59,115 bases of DNA from positions 1 to 59,115 of the forward strand of contig JAFRZY010000014.1 of assembly GCA_017442305.1 (NCBI GenBank), written 5' to 3'. Shown here piece after piece: positions 29,398 through 36,878 of the stretch; position 1 is the first letter of the stretch; each line of letters starts with the position of its first letter. Source of the stretch: Bacilli bacterium (GTDB lineage: Bacteria > Bacillota_I > Bacilli_A > RF39 > UBA660). Under the pieces are notes generated by a model, which saw only the letters and a list, made by a program, of their open reading frames with translations, was not told the origin of the DNA and did not search any database. Both the position numbers and the translations under genes were made by a program.

Positions 29398-30076
29398 ATA
29401 AATATTTTATTAATTTTTTTGCTACACCCAATATCTCAATTGGCATAGTTTCTATTTCATCTTTAGTATAAAGTCTAGGCAAGAAGCCAGAACTATTATC
29501 CATATTCAATGGAGATAGAATAATACCATCATCCTTAATTGTAACTCTTTTAAATGTGGCATCACATCCATTAATACGGACACAGCAATCCTGACCAGAA
29601 TTGCATACAGGTGTTTTTAAAAATACAACCGTGTCACCATCTTTATACTGTGGCTCCATAGAATCCCCCGTAATCTTTAAAGCAAAGTACTCCTTATTCC
29701 CTGTGATCCAATCAGCAGGAACTTCTTCATAATCAATTGTGTACTCATCTTCTATTGCTTCCATCGGAACACCAGCAGGTATTCTACCAAGAAGAGGAAC
29801 TCTGACAACTCTCTTCTCCATACTAGCAAGTCTGGTATTTCTATCCCAAACATAATCTTCGATTAGATCAGATTTTTGAATACCAAAGTAATCAGCTAGT
29901 ATTTCGATTTTATCCATTTTAGGATAAGACTTACCATTGCACCAATCACAAAGAGTGGTGTATTTCATTTCTAATTCATCTGCTAACTTATGTCGTTCAA
30001 CATTAAATATTTTCATGAAACGATTTAAGTTTCTAGCAAAGACTTTATTATTGTCATTACCTTCTACTGCACTCAT
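29396..30076 (-). CDS. CI-like phage repressor (XRE HTH plus S24 LexA-type autopeptidase)
   Basis: N-terminal HTH and C-terminal GRIPAGVP...ITGDSMEP...FKRV (Ser/Lys dyad). Start at MSAVEG after AAAGGAGA. Confidence 0.85.
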   Translation of the reverse strand: MSAVEGNDNNKVFARNLNRFMKIFNVERHKLADELEMKYTTLCDWCNGKSYPKMDKIEILADYFGIQKSDLIEDYVWDRNTRLASMEKRVVRVPLLGRIPAGVPMEAIEDEYTIDYEEVPADWITGNKEYFALKITGDSMEPQYKDGDTVVFLKTPVCNSGQDCCVRINGCDATFKRVTIKDDGIILSPLNMDNSSGFLPRLYTKDEIETMPIEILGVAKKLIKYL

Positions 30077-30098
30077 GATTATTCTCCTTTCAATTATC

Positions 30099-30127
30099 AT
30101 TATAGATTAAATCGTATTTTTTTGCAA
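30099..30127 (-). promoter_or_regulatory. Repressor (PRM-like) promoter
   Basis: On the minus strand: TTGCAA, 17 nt, TATAAT. An operator half-site (ATACGA) lies in the spacer. Confidence 0.6.
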
Positions 30128-30143
30128 GATAAAATGTAAAATA

Positions 30144-30206
30144 ATACGAAAAAATCATAATTTTATACAATGGGTTATTGACAATACGAAAAAATCGTAT
30201 TATTAT
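30144..30206 (+). promoter_or_regulatory. Early rightward (PR-like) promoter with palindromic operators
   Basis: TTGACA (30178-83), 17 nt, TATTAT (30201-06). The spacer is exactly the palindrome ATACGAAAAAATCGTAT (30184-200), and a degenerate copy lies at 30144-60. Confidence 0.7.
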
Positions 30207-30234
30207 TAAACTAGAAGGAGGTTACAGGAAGCTA

Positions 30235-30459
30235 ATGAGAGATTATTCACTAAAGGCATTGAGAATAAATCTTGATTTAACATTGGAAGAAGCTTCAGCA
30301 TTAATAGGTATTAGTAAGTATACATTGTTTAATTATGAACATGGCAGAACAGCACCAAGCATTGAAATATCAAAGAAAATAGCAGAAGTCTACAATGTAG
30401 ATATCAATAAGATCAGATTCTCACCGAATAAGAAAAAGAAGTTAGCAGTAAAAAAATGA
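30235..30459 (+). CDS. Cro-like XRE HTH regulator
   Basis: LTLEEASALIGISKYTLFNYEHGR. Divergent from the repressor gene. Confidence 0.75.
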   Translation: MRDYSLKALRINLDLTLEEASALIGISKYTLFNYEHGRTAPSIEISKKIAEVYNVDINKIRFSPNKKKKLAVKK

Positions 30460-30529
30460 GAAGTAATTATGAAGTAAATATAGAAGTAAAAAAAGAAAAA
30501 AATAGTTACATATTTTTTTTACTAGCAGA

Positions 30530-30546
30530 ATACGAAAAAATCGTAT
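30530..30546. promoter_or_regulatory. Third perfect copy region of the operator palindrome ATACGAAAAAATCGTAT
   Basis: Exact 17-mer identical to 30184-30200, located downstream of cro. Confidence 0.6.
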
Positions 30547-30599
30547 TTTAAAAAGTCTACGAAACTTTAAAACTTTAAAACATATGAAAGGATAGGAAA

Positions 30600-30767
30600 A
30601 TGAAACCAAAAAGAAAATTGAAAAATTGGGTAAAGGTAACACTTGTTATTTTGCCTATAGCAGTGATTATTAGTCAGCTGTTTTTAATTGGTCTAAATAT
30701 AAAAAAGATAGCTGAGAATCAACCAGAAACAATCATAATAACAGAAAGTAGGTGTTATTGTGGTTAA
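30600..30767 (+). CDS. Small single-TM protein (55 aa, not in the ORF track)
   Basis: ATG preceded by AAAGGATAGG. Basic N-terminus followed by one hydrophobic helix. Confidence 0.4.
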   Translation: MKPKRKLKNWVKVTLVILPIAVIISQLFLIGLNIKKIAENQPETIIITESRCYCG

Positions 30768-31020
30768 GAGTTTAACAGCTAAAGAAATATTAAAAATTAT
30801 AGAAAAAATGTGGGCATCAACAGATGACATAAAAAAACTTGGATGTGTAGGAAATAATAAAGCATTAAAAATTAAGAATGAAATTAAAACCAGAATGCAA
30901 GAAGAAGGATATGCAATTCCAAGAAATTTAGTAGATATGAAACTTGTTACAGAATACTTTAACATTGATGAACAAAGAGTAAAGTTCTTAGCATCAAAGG
31001 GAGGTGTTTGTAATGAATGA
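30760..31020 (+). CDS. Small putative DNA-binding phage protein (Xis/HTH-like)
   Basis: 86-aa ORF with a GTG start in the early operon. Assignment is weak. Confidence 0.35.
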   Translation: MVKSLTAKEILKIIEKMWASTDDIKKLGCVGNNKALKIKNEIKTRMQEEGYAIPRNLVDMKLVTEYFNIDEQRVKFLASKGGVCNE

Positions 31021-31726
31021 TTTATTACCATTAAATAATAATTATAATCAATCTATTCCAGAAGAAAAAACAAAAGAAGAATTAGAACTGATATCTAAAC
31101 TTCAAAAGAAGAAAAATAAAATAAGAAAAGAACTAAAGGAAAAAGGAATATTACCTAAAGGTGCAGTTAATGAATATGATAACTACGAATATTTTAGTGA
31201 AGCACAATATAAGGAATTATTCACAGACCTATTTAGTAAACATGGAATTGAATTATATATTACAGAAATTGACTATGGAACATTCGAAGGTACTGATAAA
31301 CAACCATTTGGTAGGACAGTAACTTTAGGGTGCAAACTAATTGATATTGATACAGGTTATTCAGAAGTAAGTAATCACACCGGAGAAGGATTAGATCGTG
31401 GGGATAAAGCAGGATATAAAGCTACAACAGGAGCAATTAAAAGATTTTTATCTTCTACATTTTTAGTAGCTACGAAGGATGATCCAGAAAGAGAAGATGA
31501 GAAACCTAAGAAGCAAACATCATATAGTAAACCAGCACCAAAGCAAGTTAAGAAAGTTGTTAAAGGTACAATATCTCCAGTTCAAGATAAGACACTTAGA
31601 GATTTGTTTAAAGATGATAAAAAAGAATTATCACAAATTATGAAAAGTTTAAAAAAAGTTAAAATCGAAGAATTAAGCAAAGAAGAAGCATCAGAGATTA
31701 TCAAGAATAAGAAGGGAGAAAAATAA
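31013..31726 (+). CDS. Single-strand annealing recombinase (ERF-like)
   Basis: Central Y-x-YFSEAQYKELF...HGI block. Context is with a PD-(D/E)XK nuclease and SSB. Basic/acidic C-terminal tail. Confidence 0.45.
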   Translation: MNDLLPLNNNYNQSIPEEKTKEELELISKLQKKKNKIRKELKEKGILPKGAVNEYDNYEYFSEAQYKELFTDLFSKHGIELYITEIDYGTFEGTDKQPFGRTVTLGCKLIDIDTGYSEVSNHTGEGLDRGDKAGYKATTGAIKRFLSSTFLVATKDDPEREDEKPKKQTSYSKPAPKQVKKVVKGTISPVQDKTLRDLFKDDKKELSQIMKSLKKVKIEELSKEEASEIIKNKKGEK

Positions 31727-32052
31727 TGAATGAATTAATAACAATAGTTGAAGATAGAGCAATATTAGATTCTGAAATGATACAGAGTTTAATAGTAGTA
31801 GAAAAACAAATGAAGGAATTGAAAGAAATCCAAGATACATATAAAAGAGCTATAAAGGAAGCAATGGAAAAGAAAAATGTTATAAAACTTTTAGATGAAA
31901 TATCAGGGTTATCCATTACTTATATCTCAGCACAGACGAATCTAGAGAAATTTAATAAAGAGAAGTTCCAGGAAGAACACCCAGATTTGTATGACCAATA
32001 TGTCACAATGGATGGAAAAAAATCAGCCTACATTACGGTAAAAATTAAATGA
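31726..32052 (+). CDS. Hypothetical phage protein
   Basis: 108-aa ORF translationally coupled on both sides. Confidence 0.5.
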   Translation: MNELITIVEDRAILDSEMIQSLIVVEKQMKELKEIQDTYKRAIKEAMEKKNVIKLLDEISGLSITYISAQTNLEKFNKEKFQEEHPDLYDQYVTMDGKKSAYITVKIK

Positions 32053-32657
32053 TAGAAACATGGGAAATAGCAGGAGGGATACTCGAATATATTGATGAAA
32101 CACATACATACATATTCGATGGAGTAATCCTTCCTAGCATTACTCAAATACTAAAAATAAAATTCGGAAACAAATACAAAGATGTATCAGCAGATGTATT
32201 AAAAAAAGCATCTGAAAGAGGAACTCAGGTGCATCAAGCAATAGAAGACTATGAGGTCAGAAATATAGATACAGAAGGATGCAAAGAACTATACAATTAT
32301 AAATTTTTAAAGAAACAATTTAAATTTGAATGTATAGGTAATGAGGTACCAATCGTTCTATTTTATGATGGGAAACCTGTATCTGCCGGAAGAATAGATT
32401 TGATACTAAAAGAAGGAGAAAATGTAGGAATCGGAGATATAAAAAGAACGAGTGTATTTGATAAAGAATATGTTACCTATCAAACCAATTTATACAGGAT
32501 AGGTTATCAACAAACTTATGGAGTAAGTATTACATTTTTAAAAGGTCTTCATTTAAGGGATAAAGTCAGAAAATACATTGACCTACCAATAAATGAGGAA
32601 ATGTCATTAGAACTATTAAAAAAATATTTAGAGGAGGAAAATAATGAACAAAGTTGA
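32049..32657 (+). CDS. PD-(D/E)XK family exonuclease
   Basis: GRIDLIL...IGDIKRT (D...D-x-K) motif. Located in the recombination module. Confidence 0.6.
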   Translation: MIETWEIAGGILEYIDETHTYIFDGVILPSITQILKIKFGNKYKDVSADVLKKASERGTQVHQAIEDYEVRNIDTEGCKELYNYKFLKKQFKFECIGNEVPIVLFYDGKPVSAGRIDLILKEGENVGIGDIKRTSVFDKEYVTYQTNLYRIGYQQTYGVSITFLKGLHLRDKVRKYIDLPINEEMSLELLKKYLEEENNEQS

Positions 32658-33060
32658 ATTAATAGGAAGACTAACAACAGATCCTGAATTGAGATATACA
32701 GAATCTGAAAAAGCATATACAAGATTTACAATAGCAGTAAATAGGAAATATAAGAAAGATGATGAAAGTAGAGATGCCGATTTTATTCCGGTTGTAGCAT
32801 GGGAAAAAAGAGCTGAAACTATTTGTCAATATGTAAAAAAAGGTAATAGATTAGGAATCATCGGAAGAATACAAACAGGAAGCTATGATAAAGAAGATGG
32901 AAGCAGAGGATACACATATGATGTAATAGCTGAAGAGTTTGAATTTTTAGAAAGCAAAAATAAGGATGATAGACCAGCACCAGAATATACAGATCCAGAA
33001 GATCCATTTGCAGACTTTGGAGATAGCATTGAAATAAGTGATGATGACTTACCATTCTAA
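32644..33060 (+). CDS. ssb: Single-stranded DNA-binding protein
   Basis: OB-fold start NKVELIGRLTTDPELRYT and an acidic tip ending DDDLPF. Confidence 0.92.
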   Translation: MNKVELIGRLTTDPELRYTESEKAYTRFTIAVNRKYKKDDESRDADFIPVVAWEKRAETICQYVKKGNRLGIIGRIQTGSYDKEDGSRGYTYDVIAEEFEFLESKNKDDRPAPEYTDPEDPFADFGDSIEISDDDLPF

Positions 33061-33548
33061 TGAAAACCACAATTAAAATAAGACAAGTATTTAGAAACAT
33101 ACAAAATCAAATGTTTTTAATGGAAAACCTATTCTCAGATATAGATGTTGATATAACTAAAAATTATGTAATTGAACTAAAAGAAGTTAGATCTAAAAGA
33201 ACTTTAAAGCAAAATAAAATGATGTGGGCATTAATTCGTAAAATAGCTAGTCACGAAGATATGCAACAAGAACCAGATGAAATATATATATCAGCATTAG
33301 AAGAAGCTAATCTAAGAAGCACATATTTACTAGCTCCTGAAGAAGCAGAAGATGAATTGAGAAAAAACTTCAGAGCTGTAAAGGTTGTAAGACCAGAACA
33401 ATTTAAAGGAAGAGAAATGATAGTTTATAAGTGCTTCTTGGGTAGCTCCAAACTTAATACCAAAGAAATGAATCAACTATTAGAAATCATTAAATATTGG
33501 GCTGAGGATTTAGGAATAGATACAAATGAAGAGCATTATACAGAATAA
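33060..33548 (+). CDS. ninB: NinB/Orf-family recombination mediator
   Basis: RSKRTLKQNKMMWALIRKIA and GSSKLNTKEMNQLLEIIKYWAEDLGI match the lambda NinB blocks RSLDQNRKLWA and STSRMRVGEFAELLELIQAFG. Confidence 0.7.
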   Translation: MKTTIKIRQVFRNIQNQMFLMENLFSDIDVDITKNYVIELKEVRSKRTLKQNKMMWALIRKIASHEDMQQEPDEIYISALEEANLRSTYLLAPEEAEDELRKNFRAVKVVRPEQFKGREMIVYKCFLGSSKLNTKEMNQLLEIIKYWAEDLGIDTNEEHYTE

Positions 33549-33825
33549 GAAACAATGTTTTATATGTTCTCGAAGATATTGTCTACATGACCACCACATA
33601 TATTTTGGCACAGCTAGAAGAAAAATTAGTGAGAAAAACGGATTTAAGGTATGGCTTTGTTATCAACACCACGAAGGAACATTTGGTGTACATGGTAGCA
33701 AAGGTCATGAAACAGATTTATATTTAAAAAAAGTGTGCCAAATAGAATACGAAAAAAAACATAGTAGAGAAGAGTTTATAAAATTAATAGGCAGAAATTA
33801 TTTAGGAGGAGATATAGATGAGTGA
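33526..33825 (+). CDS. Cys/His-rich putative HNH-like phage nuclease
   Basis: CFIC...HDHHI...CYQHHEG...HG pattern. Confidence 0.4.
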   Translation: MKSIIQNKKQCFICSRRYCLHDHHIYFGTARRKISEKNGFKVWLCYQHHEGTFGVHGSKGHETDLYLKKVCQIEYEKKHSREEFIKLIGRNYLGGDIDE

Positions 33826-33901
33826 TGGAGTAATAATAACTTTAATTATTTGTATAACCTTATTAATAATTTATCTCATAGATAAGAAGAGTAAAAAATG
33901 A
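33818..33901 (+). CDS. 27-aa hydrophobic micropeptide (not in the ORF track)
   Basis: MSDGVIITLIICITLLIIYLIDKKSKK. GGAGGAG RBS and an ATGA overlap with the next gene. Confidence 0.3.
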   Translation: MSDGVIITLIICITLLIIYLIDKKSKK

Positions 33902-34755
33902 ATTCGGAAAAAAAGTTTTATTGGATAAAATTAAAAACTGACTTCTTCAGCAGAAAAGATATTGATTTTCTATTATCACAGAAAAATGGAGCAGAGTATG
34001 TTGTAATATACCAGATACTATGTCTAAGTACAGCAAATAGCAATGGAGAATTAAAAAGCACAATAGGAGAAATTATTGTTCCGTTTGATATTGATAAAGT
34101 AGTTAGAGAATGTAAGTATTACGATATCGACACCGTAAGAGTTGCTATGTCTTTATATAGAAAGCTAGGACTTATATATGAACAAGATGATGGAACTTTA
34201 AAAATCTCTAATTACCAGGAAATGGTTGGAAGTGAAGCCGGAAATGCAAATGCACAAAGGCAAAAAAGATTCCGTGAAAGACAGAAACAACTAAAATTAG
34301 CCGTTACGAATAGTAACGATAATAGTAACACCAATAATAACGAAGAGATAGATAATAGAGAAAAGAGTAAAGATATTATAGAAGAAGAGAATCAGATAAT
34401 AGAATATGAGATAGAAGAAGAGGAACCAAAGGTTCCTTACAAAGAAATCATTGAATATTTAAATAGTAAAACCAATAAAAATTATAAGCCTAGCAGTAAC
34501 AAAAACAGATCAGTAATTGATGCCAGGTTTAATGAAGGATATACATTAGAAGATTTTAAAAGAGTTATTGATATAAAAACAGAAGAATGGTTGAATACTG
34601 ACTTTGAACAATTTCTAAGACCTGAAACCTTATTTAGTAATAAGTTTGATGGATATTTAAATCAAGTACCAAAGTCAGAAAGAACACCAAAAAGAAAAGA
34701 TAAAGTTTTATCTACATTGGAGGCAATATATAATGGATCAATCAGAATTGAGTAA
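33898..34755 (+). CDS. Phage replisome organizer (DnaD-like, conserved phage C-terminus)
   Basis: N-terminal FYWIKLKTDFF domain and a C-terminal IIEYLNSKTNKNYKPSS...RPETLFSNKFDGYLNQ block. Confidence 0.75.
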   Translation: MNSEKKFYWIKLKTDFFSRKDIDFLLSQKNGAEYVVIYQILCLSTANSNGELKSTIGEIIVPFDIDKVVRECKYYDIDTVRVAMSLYRKLGLIYEQDDGTLKISNYQEMVGSEAGNANAQRQKRFRERQKQLKLAVTNSNDNSNTNNNEEIDNREKSKDIIEEENQIIEYEIEEEEPKVPYKEIIEYLNSKTNKNYKPSSNKNRSVIDARFNEGYTLEDFKRVIDIKTEEWLNTDFEQFLRPETLFSNKFDGYLNQVPKSERTPKRKDKVLSTLEAIYNGSIRIE

Positions 34756-35200
34756 GATAATAGCAAAACTAAAAATTGCATATGCTTATTATTTCAAAGA
34801 ATTAGATGAAGATTTAATAGTAGCAATGGCTAGTTTATTTTATGAAAATTTAAAAGATTATGAATATGAAAGAGTTAATAAAGCAATTAATAATATAATT
34901 AGGAAATCAAAGTATATGCCAAGTATATCTGATATTTTAGAAGAAATAGATAAGATAGATAAAATAATAGAATTTGATATTCTAAAAAAAATGCTAGAAG
35001 ATGGCTATTTCAAATATGGAGCATACGGAGAATTAGATTCGGTACAGCAAGTAAGAAATTATGAGAAAGCAACGATGTGGTTAGAAAAAGGAATAATTCC
35101 AGAATGGCTACTACAAGATATGATGAAATATGGGTATAAACAACCATTAGCATATACAGAAAAGAAACAATTGGCAGGACAGCTGTTACTTGGAGAATAA
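34733..35200 (+). CDS. Helicase loader/inhibitor (SPP1 G39P-like)
   Basis: N-terminal domain pattern LDEDLIVAMASLFYENLKDYEYERVNKAI...PSISDILEEI. Position directly after the replisome organizer. Confidence 0.5.
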   Translation: MDQSELSKIIAKLKIAYAYYFKELDEDLIVAMASLFYENLKDYEYERVNKAINNIIRKSKYMPSISDILEEIDKIDKIIEFDILKKMLEDGYFKYGAYGELDSVQQVRNYEKATMWLEKGIIPEWLLQDMMKYGYKQPLAYTEKKQLAGQLLLGE

Positions 35201-35211
35201 GAGGTGGTGGA

Positions 35212-35526
35212 ATGGAAGAACAAGTATATAGTTATCTGATATCCAACCATATAGGAAAAAAGAACCTAATCAAAAATGTAGAATTAAGAAAAATGTTTAA
35301 CATTAACAGTGATAAATCGATGAGAAAAGTTATACAGAACATCAGAGAAAATAAAGATTACTATTTAGTGGTAGGGAGTATAAGTGGAAAAACAGGAGGC
35401 TTTTATATTTGCCAGACAGAAGAAGAAATTGATGAAACCATAAATAACATTAAACACAGAGCAAATCAAATGCATAGAATGTGCCACATACTGAAATGGA
35501 AAAAAGACAAAGTAATCAAAGGATGA
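35212..35526 (+). CDS. Hypothetical phage protein
   Basis: 104-aa ORF with a GAGGTGGTGG RBS. Confidence 0.5.
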   Translation: MEEQVYSYLISNHIGKKNLIKNVELRKMFNINSDKSMRKVIQNIRENKDYYLVVGSISGKTGGFYICQTEEEIDETINNIKHRANQMHRMCHILKWKKDKVIKG

Positions 35527-35527
35527 A

Positions 35528-35932
35528 ATGACTAAAAAAGAACTCTCAAAGTATTATTATTTAAGCAGAGAAATAAAGGATCTGGAAGAGAGGATCCAAA
35601 CATTACAAAATCAATCAGTTGGAGTATCTAAACTAACAGGAATGCCATTCAGTAATGAAAAGAGTAATCCGGTAGAAAAAAGAGCCGAGCTGTTAATAAC
35701 ATTAAAGAATAAGTTAGAAAAAAGAAAAACTAAGTCTTTAGAAGAACTAATAAAAATAGAAAAATGTATATCTGCTATAGAAGATATAGAAACCAGGATG
35801 ATTATGACAAAGAGATATATAGAACTTAAAAGTTGGGAGAAAATATCAATGGAAATGTATATGAGTGAGAGAACTTTATTCCGAAAACAAAAAGCATATT
35901 TTAAAGAGGCTAATAATGAAAGAACTATTTGA
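35528..35932 (+). CDS. Late-gene transcriptional regulator (sigma-70 region 4-like, RinA/ArpU/DUF1492-type)
   Basis: C-terminal HTH (MIMTKRYIELKSWEKISMEMYMSERTLFRKQ). It is the last regulatory gene before the late region. Confidence 0.55.
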   Translation: MTKKELSKYYYLSREIKDLEERIQTLQNQSVGVSKLTGMPFSNEKSNPVEKRAELLITLKNKLEKRKTKSLEELIKIEKCISAIEDIETRMIMTKRYIELKSWEKISMEMYMSERTLFRKQKAYFKEANNERTI

Positions 35933-36125
35933 TTTCATAAAATTAAGAAAAAAATATAATACCTTAGAAACAAAATATGAATCTCTGGTTGCAGATGTAA
36001 AAAATGAGTGTTTTAAAAAAATATTGGATAAGATCGGAGAACCATTAGAGATAAAAAGATTAAGGGAAGAAAATAAAAGATTAAGAATAAAACTAAAAGA
36101 ATTAAAAAAATGCACGAAAGGTTAA
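35916..36125 (+). CDS. Small coiled-coil phage protein
   Basis: MKELFDF start after AAAGAGG. Heptad-rich basic sequence. Confidence 0.4.
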   Translation: MKELFDFIKLRKKYNTLETKYESLVADVKNECFKKILDKIGEPLEIKRLREENKRLRIKLKELKKCTKG

Positions 36126-36130
36126 TATTT

Positions 36131-36229
36131 ATGTATGAAATGCCAAAAATAGCATTTAAAACATTAAAAACAACACTTCATACTATGATTAAAAATCATC
36201 AATCAATGCTAAATCAACTACACAAATAA
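36131..36229 (+). CDS. Possible 32-aa ORF
   Basis: Short ATG ORF that ends inside the terminator stem. Weak support. Confidence 0.2.
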   Translation: MYEMPKIAFKTLKTTLHTMIKNHQSMLNQLHK

Positions 36230-36241
36230 GTGTAGTTTTTT
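36218..36241 (+). terminator. Intrinsic terminator closing the early/regulatory operon
   Basis: CTACAC / GTGTAG stem with a 6-nt loop, followed by T6. Confidence 0.8.
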
Positions 36242-36302
36242 GATGGATCTTATTAACAGGATCTGTGGTATAATACATGTACATAGAAACCGGAGGTGCA
36301 TT

Positions 36303-36734
36303 ATGGAATATATACATTACGGACACGAAAACTTTGATATAAAATTATTTAATAAAATTAAGAATAGACCAGAAGCAGTAAAACCAATCGGTGGGTTGTG
36401 GGCAAGTAGAGTAGATACAACAGATGGTTGGATAGATTGGTGCAAAGGAAATGAAATAGATTGGGCAAGATTAGATGTGAGCTTTAAATTTAAATTAAAG
36501 CCAGAAGCCAAAGTATTACTAATAGATAGTATGGATAAATTAAAAGAATTACCAAAACAAAAAAGTATTCTAGGACATTCACCTTGGACTTTGCTAGATT
36601 TTGAAAAATTAGCAGAAGAATATGATGCAGTAGAAGTTATATTAAACAGGGGATTATACTTTGAACTCTATGGTTGGGATTGTGACTCAATAATAATTAT
36701 GAATCCAGAAATTATAGAATTGATAAAAGAATAG
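36303..36734 (+). CDS. Hypothetical protein (moron cassette 1)
   Basis: 143 aa from MEYIHYG after GGAGG. Own extended -10 promoter TGgTATAAT (36266-74) and own terminator (36734-62). No recognisable family. Confidence 0.6.
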   Translation: MEYIHYGHENFDIKLFNKIKNRPEAVKPIGGLWASRVDTTDGWIDWCKGNEIDWARLDVSFKFKLKPEAKVLLIDSMDKLKELPKQKSILGHSPWTLLDFEKLAEEYDAVEVILNRGLYFELYGWDCDSIIIMNPEIIELIKE

Positions 36735-36814
36735 TAAATCACATAAAAGATTTGCTTTTTTTATGGTATAATATAACTGAAAGACAAATAGTAATTTGAA
36801 AGTGAGGTAAGAAA

Positions 36815-36835
36815 ATGAGAACATTAACTAAATAA
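36815..36835 (+). CDS. Leader peptide MRTLTK upstream of the ABC-F gene
   Basis: GTGAGGT RBS 6 nt upstream. The stop codon lies 1 nt before alternative-pairing segment 1. Confidence 0.5.
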   Translation: MRTLTK

Positions 36836-36878
36836 GTTTGGCATAAACTTCGATTATGCCAAAAAAAGGAGGCATAAT

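Noticed and set aside
29325-30573. Reading the 28-bp inverted repeats as terminal inverted repeats of an insertion sequence.
   Set aside because: No transposase is enclosed, only the repressor and cro genes, and no target-site duplication is visible. It is kept as an unexplained repeat in the findings.
30693-31031. 112-aa minus-strand ORF across the early region.
   Set aside because: It overlaps two plus-strand genes that are translationally coupled within the early operon. It is hydrophobic junk-like sequence with no RBS.
36837-36863. The hairpin after the ABC-F leader peptide considered as a transcription terminator.
   Set aside because: The stem is followed by an A-run rather than a U-tract on the coding strand. 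It is better explained as one arm of a translational switch.
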